A DNA stretch of 27,906 bases from positions 1 to 27,906 of IMG/VR virus record IMGVR_UViG_3300037477_000038; one strand, 5' to 3'. Shown here piece after piece: positions 21,988 through 27,906 of the stretch. How positions within the stretch are numbered: the first letter of the stretch is position 1; each line of letters opens with the position of its first letter. This DNA is from a virus (Duplodnaviria > Caudoviricetes). Below the pieces are notes generated by a model that saw only the letters and a program-made list of their open reading frames with translations, did no database searches and was not told the origin of the DNA. Both the position numbers and the translations under genes were made by a program.

Positions 21988-23601
21988 TCACACGTCCAGG
22001 GTTTGGACCTTTTCGGTCGCTCTCACGAGAAACAGCCCCGCCGCGTCGGGGAACCGGAACCGCCACTGCCGGCGCCGGTAGGTGCCGAGCGAGCGCAGCG
22101 TCACCACGGGGTTCATGTCGCCGTCGTCGACACCGAGCTCGATGTCGATCGTCGTCCACTCGGCGCTCAGATCGTCGCGGTAGTCGAGGTAACAGACCAC
22201 GCCCTCGCTCAGCGTCTGGGTGCGCTTGAACGTCAGGTGCACCGCCTGGGAGTGCTTGAGCTGGTCGCTCTCCCGATCGAGAAAGCCCGTGCTCACGTAG
22301 GCCACGATGGCCTCGCCGAGGTCGGTCTCGTTGTCGAGGCTGAGCGTGCAGATGGTGCCGTCGGAAAGGCCCACCACGTTCAGGCCCCCGTCGGGCCGCA
22401 GGTGATGGCAGAGCACCGGGAACATCGTAAACGCATCGGCGTCCGCATCGAACAGAGCCCAGCGGCCCCAACCGACCCCGGGCTGCAGCACGAGCGTCTC
22501 CTGGTCCGCCTCGAAGCGCAGCACCACGCAGTCGGCAAAGCCGTCGCTGTAGCGGTAGCTGTAGCAGTCGCTCGGGGTGGTCAGCGCATCGAGCGTCGAC
22601 TGAATGGCGCCGCCCACGTCCTTCCACTCCCGCCCGTCGCTCGACACCACCCGCGTCAGGTGGTCGAGCCACAAGTAGCCGTCGTCGATCTTGCACGGGC
22701 TGTACGCCGCCAAGCACCCCGCCTCCCGCGTCACGCTCGGGGCGAACGTCGTCGAGCCATCGGGGGCGAAGAGCTGCAGACTCGTGCGGCCGAAGAGGAA
22801 GATGTCGTTGGTGTTCTCGGCGCAGGCCACGATGCTGTCGGCGCGCGCCTCTGCCGTGAAGAACCCGGCCGCTCCCGGGCTCGGGTCCCAGCTCTCGTGC
22901 GGCGCGAAGCTGACGATGCCCTGGGTGATGTCGGAGTAGCGGACCTTGGTCTGGTCGAGCTGGGTGTCGTTGGCGCAGATGCGGGAGCTGTTCGTGAAGA
23001 CGTGACTCGCCAAGGGCGGGCAGCCGCCGAGGAAGCTCATCTCGTGGTAGTCGACGTTGGGGTTAGTGAAGTTCGGCGCCGAAAAGGTCTCGGGGCGGAT
23101 GTCGATCTTGGCCATCTCCGCGCCGCCTGCGATAACGAGCAATGCCTCGGTCTCCGCAAACGTGGGCCTCGGAAAGCGCGTCGTGGCGACGGCTGCTGGC
23201 GTTGCAAGCCGATCCTCATTGGCCGCACCTGTGCCAACTAACGTGGCCGTACCACCCACGATGCGATACACGTTCCTGCCGGCGTTGTGCCCACCTCCTG
23301 AGGCATTTACGGTCGCACCTACGGCATACAGGACGCCGGGGTGCGTCCCGCTCACGGTCGCGGTGCCCGTGGTGTGCGCTACCCGCTGCTCCGTGAGGTA
23401 GAGGCCGAGCACCCCTGCGGCGTCGACTGCAGTAGCGGGAGCGACACCCGTGTACGCGGCGAGACCGGGGCGCTTGCGGAGGACTCCCCGAGCGTCGGCG
23501 ATGACGTTGTAAGCCTCTGGGCTTGCGCCGCTAATTTCCTCAGAGCTCGTCTCGAGGCTTGGCGCAAAGGGGATGGGCTGGAGGGTGGCCTCAGCGGGCA
23601 T
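21988..23601 (-). CDS. Tail nozzle / hub (P22 gp10-like DNA stabilisation protein)
   Basis: L.KRPGL N-terminus, FFTAEARAD.IV, GC.A.YS, and C-terminal RSLGTYRRRQWRFR. Beta-propeller-like size. Confidence 0.8.
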   Translation of the reverse strand: MPAEATLQPIPFAPSLETSSEEISGASPEAYNVIADARGVLRKRPGLAAYTGVAPATAVDAAGVLGLYLTEQRVAHTTGTATVSGTHPGVLYAVGATVNASGGGHNAGRNVYRIVGGTATLVGTGAANEDRLATPAAVATTRFPRPTFAETEALLVIAGGAEMAKIDIRPETFSAPNFTNPNVDYHEMSFLGGCPPLASHVFTNSSRICANDTQLDQTKVRYSDITQGIVSFAPHESWDPSPGAAGFFTAEARADSIVACAENTNDIFLFGRTSLQLFAPDGSTTFAPSVTREAGCLAAYSPCKIDDGYLWLDHLTRVVSSDGREWKDVGGAIQSTLDALTTPSDCYSYRYSDGFADCVVLRFEADQETLVLQPGVGWGRWALFDADADAFTMFPVLCHHLRPDGGLNVVGLSDGTICTLSLDNETDLGEAIVAYVSTGFLDRESDQLKHSQAVHLTFKRTQTLSEGVVCYLDYRDDLSAEWTTIDIELGVDDGDMNPVVTLRSLGTYRRRQWRFRFPDAAGLFLVRATEKVQTLDV

Positions 23602-23664
23602 ACGTCGAGCCCCCGGTTAGCGAGGCACGAGCCGCAGCGGTCGGTGCCAAAGCGTCCCATGCCA

Positions 23665-24393
23665 TCACGCGCTCCACTGCGTCTGGATGTCGAGCGTCGC
23701 CCGAGTGTTCGTGTGCTCGAAGGAGTAGCGAATACACTCCTTCTTCTTGGCCTCGGCGAGCGCCTGCAGCATGCCGATCTTCTCCGCCGGCATCGAGGAG
23801 TCGATGGCGAGGTAGTAGGCCAGGCACCAGACGAGCGCGTCGTACCAGTAGCGCTGCAGGTCGGGGTTCTTGGTGCCGTCGAGGCTCGACCCGAGCAGGC
23901 GCGTCGTCTTCAGCCGCATCGTGCCGTCGTCGCTCGGCACGGGCCAGAACTTCAGGACGACCGCCGCACCGCTGCGGAGCGTGACGTAGAGCTGCGGGCG
24001 GGTCGAGATGCTGCCCTTGGTGGTCAGCGTCTGCCAGGTCGCCATGTCCATCGGCTTGCACACGAGCTCACCGGTGGTGAACTTGGTGTCGGGGTTCTCG
24101 CTCGGTACGAACATCGCGTCTTCAAAGACGTCGAGGATGGTGTCGGGTAGCGTGTACTGGCTCTCCCCCGCCACGATGGGCAGGTCGTAGAACTCGGTGG
24201 TGCGCGCGACGAAGCCCTCAGTCGCCAGGCTGTCCATGATGAGGTCGAGCGTCTGCCGCCCGTGCTCGAGCTTCGGCACCATGTTGGCGCCGCTCAGACG
24301 CGCCTCGACCGGCAACACCCCGGCTCGCTTGTAAGCGAGCAGGATGAGCAGGTTGATGCTGATGGGGGTCGACGGGCTCGCGTTGATGCTCAT
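23665..24393 (-). CDS. Head-tail adaptor (tail tubular protein A-like)
   Basis: LI..AYKRAG...G...Y.LP..ILDV...RP..Y...WPVP....WYDALV..LAYYLA pattern. Confidence 0.8.
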   Translation of the reverse strand: MSINASPSTPISINLLILLAYKRAGVLPVEARLSGANMVPKLEHGRQTLDLIMDSLATEGFVARTTEFYDLPIVAGESQYTLPDTILDVFEDAMFVPSENPDTKFTTGELVCKPMDMATWQTLTTKGSISTRPQLYVTLRSGAAVVLKFWPVPSDDGTMRLKTTRLLGSSLDGTKNPDLQRYWYDALVWCLAYYLAIDSSMPAEKIGMLQALAEAKKKECIRYSFEHTNTRATLDIQTQWSA

Positions 24394-24767
24394 CAGAACC
24401 CCGGCTTTCCGACGAGCGTGCCCGGCGAAAGGTACGTCGGGGCCCCGTCCAGGTAGACGTCGTCGACCGTCGTGCGTCGCGCCGAGTGCGTGTAGCTGCT
24501 CGAGCTGTTGGGCTGTCCGTTGCTGTCGGTGTCCGGCACGGCTCCGTCAGCGGGAGACTGCATCCCGAACTGCCGCGAGAGGGCAGCAGCCCGGGACGCC
24601 GTTAGTTCTGCGAGAGTGACCTCGTCACGACCGGGGCGGTCGTTGGCGCAACGGAGTAACCCGTCACGCCCACGCTGCAGAGCGCTGCGCAGGTACGGGA
24701 CCGAACACACATCGCAACGCGAGAGAAACTCGCCTTTGCGATCGATGTTGCGGGGTACGCTGCGCAT
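24393..24767 (-). CDS. Hypothetical protein with CxxC (RCDVC...LLRC), conserved-looking head-region ORF
   Basis: ATG 24767 after GGAG, and TGATG overlap with the adaptor gene. Confidence 0.7.
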   Translation of the reverse strand: MRSVPRNIDRKGEFLSRCDVCSVPYLRSALQRGRDGLLRCANDRPGRDEVTLAELTASRAAALSRQFGMQSPADGAVPDTDSNGQPNSSSSYTHSARRTTVDDVYLDGAPTYLSPGTLVGKPGF

Positions 24768-24777
24768 GCCATCTCCG

Positions 24778-25665
24778 TTACGCGCCCGTGACCACCAGGG
24801 CGGCCGCTGCCGTCTCGTCGTTGGCCCAGTTCTCGACGTTGCCCACCGTGGTGAGCGTCGCCGCTCCCAGCACGATGACGCCCGCGCCCGCGGTGACGGT
24901 AGACGCCTGCTTGAAGTAGTTGCTGCAGTACATGCCCGAGATGCCGGAAGTGTTCGCCGTGGTGGAGAACCCGCCGCCGCTCGTGGCCTGCGCCTGCCGC
25001 GCGATGTTGCCCGCGACCAGGAAGTTCGTGCTCGTGGCACCGGTGATCGCAATCATCGTAGCCGTCGAGTCCGCTACGATGTTGTTGCCGACGATGGAGC
25101 AGTTGGCGGCGCTGGTAACCGCGATGACCGAGTTTGCGCCCAGGGCGAAGCCGCCAAAGTTCATGAAGTTGCCCGACAATGAACAGCCGGCGGCAGTCAC
25201 TGCAATGGAGGCCGTCGCGGTCGCGACGCCTCCCACGATATTCAGGCCGGCCACGGTCACGTTCGCGACGTTCAGCGCCACGCTCGCGCCGGCATGGGTC
25301 AGGTTGATGACGGGGTTGTTGCTCGCCCCGGGCACCCCGACGCCGATAATCTGCGCTCCCGCCACCAGGTTGGCCCAGATGGCGCCCGTGGCAGCGTACG
25401 TCTCGGTGTGATTCGGGAGCACAAACACGATGTCATTGTGCGTCGACCGGCAGCGGGCCAAGCCCGCGTCGATGGTGCGCACCAGCATGCCGGAAGAGGC
25501 GAAGTGGTCCTCTCCATCGATGGCGCCTGTGCTGCGCACATAGGCCGCGATGCGACCGCCCGGCTTGATCAGCGACCCGTAGGGCGTGATGATGCCAGGC
25601 ATGGCCTGGTAGTAAGGCAGCGCGCCCGCGAGGAAGTTGCCGTATGCGTTTTGGAAGAGGGACAT
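24778..25665 (-). CDS. Virion protein with right-handed beta-helix (pectin-lyase-like) repeats
   Basis: RTIDAGLARC...DIVFVLPNHTE..., then I.GN / NCSIVGNNI / VAGNI coils. Confidence 0.75.
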   Translation of the reverse strand: MSLFQNAYGNFLAGALPYYQAMPGIITPYGSLIKPGGRIAAYVRSTGAIDGEDHFASSGMLVRTIDAGLARCRSTHNDIVFVLPNHTETYAATGAIWANLVAGAQIIGVGVPGASNNPVINLTHAGASVALNVANVTVAGLNIVGGVATATASIAVTAAGCSLSGNFMNFGGFALGANSVIAVTSAANCSIVGNNIVADSTATMIAITGATSTNFLVAGNIARQAQATSGGGFSTTANTSGISGMYCSNYFKQASTVTAGAGVIVLGAATLTTVGNVENWANDETAAAALVVTGA

Positions 25666-25742
25666 CAGCAGCCTTTGCCCTTCTTGGTGCCCTTACCCTT
25701 GGGCGGCACCGGAATCGGATTGATCTTGGTCTTCTTGGCCAT
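25665..25742 (-). CDS. Lys-rich 25-aa peptide (MAKKTKINPIPVPPKGKGTKKGKGC)
   Basis: GAGGAG RBS before ATG 25742, and TGATG coupling to the next gene. Confidence 0.6.
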   Translation of the reverse strand: MAKKTKINPIPVPPKGKGTKKGKGC

Positions 25743-25750
25743 GGTGCTCC

Positions 25751-26662
25751 TCAGGCGTCGCTGAACAGAATCGCGCGCGCGTTGACCCACCCGCGCGACC
25801 AGCGTGCGGTGATCGCGTAGTTCATCATCGTCTTGTCCTCGGTCACCCAGGTGTTGCTCTTGGGCTTGCGGCGCCAGAACCACATCAAGCCGAGGTCGGC
25901 GTCCGTCAGGAGCGCCCAGTTGGTAGTGGAGCTCGTCCAGTACTTCACCGGCTGCGGGGTGATGTTCAGGTCCTTGTTGATGACGTTGATGGCGTTGTAG
26001 GCGCCCGGCGTCGGGTCCATCGTCGAGCCGAGCACCTCACGCCACACGCCCCACTGCTGCACGGGGAACACGGCCTTCTTCGCTTCCACCCCATCGATGA
26101 GCCCGTCGTGGCCGACTTGCTGCATGAGCTGCGCGTTGGCGATGATGAGCGCCGCCTTCGAGGGGCTCATCGCCGTGGCCATCTTGTTCGAGTACGTGCC
26201 GCCACCGGGCAGCGTGTGCGAGGTGCTGGCCAGCGGCTGACCGTCGCCGCCGACGAAGGCGGTGTTGGTGGCGCGCACCAGCATCAGGGTCGCGTCAAAG
26301 TCCGCCAGCTTCCAGAGCGCGCGGTTGTTGCGCTTGGCAGCCTGGATGACCTTGTCGTACTTCATGTCTTCGAGAGCTTCGTCGCTCACGATCATGCGCT
26401 GGCCGTAGGTGCGCGCGTTGAAGCGGGTGAGTGGGCCCTCGAAGATGGTGCCGACCGGGATGCTCTCGCCCTCGGGCTTCTCACCCGCCAAGCCTGAGCC
26501 AGCTACCTCGTAGTACTCGATGTAGTTGTCGGTCATGTTCTTGACGGTGAGCCACTTGGTGAAGACAGCCTTGCTGCCTTCGCTTCCGTGCTCGTCCGTG
26601 TCGATGTCCTCGAGCGTCTCTTTGAGCGCGAGGGCCGCGGTACTGGTGAAGACTTCACTCAT
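25751..26662 (-). CDS. Major capsid protein (HK97-like fold)
   Basis: G.G.A.EKPEG..I......EG...RF...TYG....VS.EA.ED..Y and GGDG.PL.S.SH motifs. 303 aa. Confidence 0.85.
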   Translation of the reverse strand: MSEVFTSTAALALKETLEDIDTDEHGSEGSKAVFTKWLTVKNMTDNYIEYYEVAGSGLAGEKPEGESIPVGTIFEGPLTRFNARTYGQRMIVSDEALEDMKYDKVIQAAKRNNRALWKLADFDATLMLVRATNTAFVGGDGQPLASTSHTLPGGGTYSNKMATAMSPSKAALIIANAQLMQQVGHDGLIDGVEAKKAVFPVQQWGVWREVLGSTMDPTPGAYNAINVINKDLNITPQPVKYWTSSTTNWALLTDADLGLMWFWRRKPKSNTWVTEDKTMMNYAITARWSRGWVNARAILFSDA

Positions 26663-26665
26663 GAC

Positions 26666-27331
26666 TTACTCCACCGACCCGGCAGTACGCCACGGCGACG
26701 CCTGGACTTGGTTGAAGACGACTTGCAGCGGCACGTTGGCGAGCGTGAGATCGTACTGGTCGAAGCCGCGACCGAGCCCGACCACGCGCAGCGCGCGCAC
26801 CGTGGTGCTCTCCGCGAAGCTCAGGGCCAGCATCGGGTTGGCCTTGGGGTTGCTCGTGGTCGAGTTGATCTGCGTGTAGGTAAAATCCGCGACCGCGCCG
26901 ATGATGGCTTGAAACTCCGCCTTGGTGTCGAAGCTCGAGCTGGTCGTGGCCGTGTCGATTTCCCACACGCAGCCCTCGACGGGGATCACCTGCACGAGCG
27001 TCTGCGCGTTCAGGTTCGTGCCGTACACGGTGCCCGTCGGGTAGTAGGCGTTCGGGCGCACTGCGCCGTTGATGAGCACCTGCGGGAAGCCGACGATGAT
27101 GCCGAACGTGCGCTCGCCCGCGTCGTCGGTAGATCCGTCTCCGGGCGTCACCAGCTCGAACGTGCCTGCGTCCTTCAGCTTGACGGGGTCGCCGATGTTC
27201 GCGTTGCAGGTCGTGGCCCCCGTCACGTTCGGCGTGTAGCCGCTCGCGAAGAAGCCCGTGTATACTTCGGGGGTCTCGGCGCCCCACCGGTTCTTCAGGA
27301 ACCGAAAGCCGTATCGATGAGGGTTCGCCAT
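26666..27331 (-). CDS. Capsid-associated (decoration/cement-like) protein
   Basis: MAN...YGFR...IGDPVKL...G pattern immediately upstream of the MCP. Confidence 0.65.
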   Translation of the reverse strand: MANPHRYGFRFLKNRWGAETPEVYTGFFASGYTPNVTGATTCNANIGDPVKLKDAGTFELVTPGDGSTDDAGERTFGIIVGFPQVLINGAVRPNAYYPTGTVYGTNLNAQTLVQVIPVEGCVWEIDTATTSSSFDTKAEFQAIIGAVADFTYTQINSTTSNPKANPMLALSFAESTTVRALRVVGLGRGFDQYDLTLANVPLQVVFNQVQASPWRTAGSVE

Positions 27332-27344
27332 TCAATTCCTCGGG

Positions 27345-27836
27345 TCAAAAGGACCAGGTTTTGCGGTCGTCCTGCTGAGTGCGGACAGATGTGATGCCGC
27401 GGAACTCGCGCTTCTCCTGAGCAGAGAGCGGGTCGACTTCGCGGTTGCGGATGGTGTCCTCGATGCGCGCGGCCTTCTCCCAGCCGCCTTGACCGTCGGC
27501 GCCCTTGGCGTCGAGCTCAGCCTTGCGGGCTTGCGACACCTCCATGAGCACCATGCCCATCGATTTGATGGGGTCGCCCTGGCGGAACTCCGTCGAGCCG
27601 AAGTCGAGGCTCGGGCGCGCTTCGTCCGGGTCGTACTGCGCGACCTGGTAACCGAGGTGCCGGTAGTAGCCTACGTTGATGGTCGGGTCGTTGACCTCGG
27701 ACACCCAGACGTAGTGCTTGCTCGCGTCGCCACCGGCGAGATAGCCGCGGTTTGCCAACTGCTCGACGGGACGCGGCGGCGGGTCCTCTCGTCGAATGCC
27801 CTTCTTCGGTGGTGTTGCTACCGTCTCTTCCGGCAC
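27345..27836 (-). CDS. Hypothetical head-region protein
   Basis: HYVWV...NV..Y..LGY.V...MVLME pattern, GGAG RBS and high GC3. Confidence 0.7.
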   Translation of the reverse strand: MPEETVATPPKKGIRREDPPPRPVEQLANRGYLAGGDASKHYVWVSEVNDPTINVGYYRHLGYQVAQYDPDEARPSLDFGSTEFRQGDPIKSMGMVLMEVSQARKAELDAKGADGQGGWEKAARIEDTIRNREVDPLSAQEKREFRGITSVRTQQDDRKTWSF

Positions 27837-27906
27837 GAACGCTCCGCTGACCCACTGGGGTTCAGGCGGGCGCGTCGTGGGAGACGGGCCACCGGGATAG
27901 GCTGTC

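Larger units (their letters stand above)
1..27906. mobile_element. Temperate podovirus-like bacteriophage genome segment, non-integrated (attP) configuration
   Basis: Contiguous immunity, integration, replication, lysis, tail, ejection and capsid modules. Phage genes lie on both sides of an intact att core. No tape measure or sheath gene was recognised. Confidence 0.93.

Noticed and set aside
11269-23241. Long plus-strand ORFs (11269-12648, 14907-16262, 16422-17603, 18488-20440, 21652-23241)
   Set aside because: Antisense shadows of the structural genes with no recognisable motifs.
1-27906. CRISPR array, rRNA, IS element
   Set aside because: No regularly spaced repeats, rRNA-like sequence or transposase seen.

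Overview
The whole window is part of a temperate, podovirus-like (short-tailed) phage of a high-GC host; a myxobacterium is my inference. The left arm has a leftward LexA-type repressor and a rightward early operon: xis-like HTH, tyrosine integrase, replication initiator, phage adenine methyltransferase, small ORFs, and a 5'-3' flap exonuclease fused to a RecT-like annealase. The right arm is on the minus strand: major capsid protein, adaptor, nozzle, four ejection proteins (one with a lytic transglycosylase domain), several tail and fibre proteins, a lysis cassette and a Holliday-junction resolvase. Main observations: (1) an intact attP (3' half of tRNA-Arg(ACG) flanked by two 29-bp arm-type repeats) lies inside the integrase gene, so integration would swap the Int C-terminus and could cut the replication genes off from their promoter; (2) a single-chain exonuclease-annealase fusion; (3) a host-type parS site in the tail region; (4) recurring SsrA-tag-like AND(N/T) motifs with C-terminal AA in early proteins; (5) a beta-clamp-like QLSIF insertion in the methyltransferase. 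All family calls come from motif recognition by eye; no database search was run.
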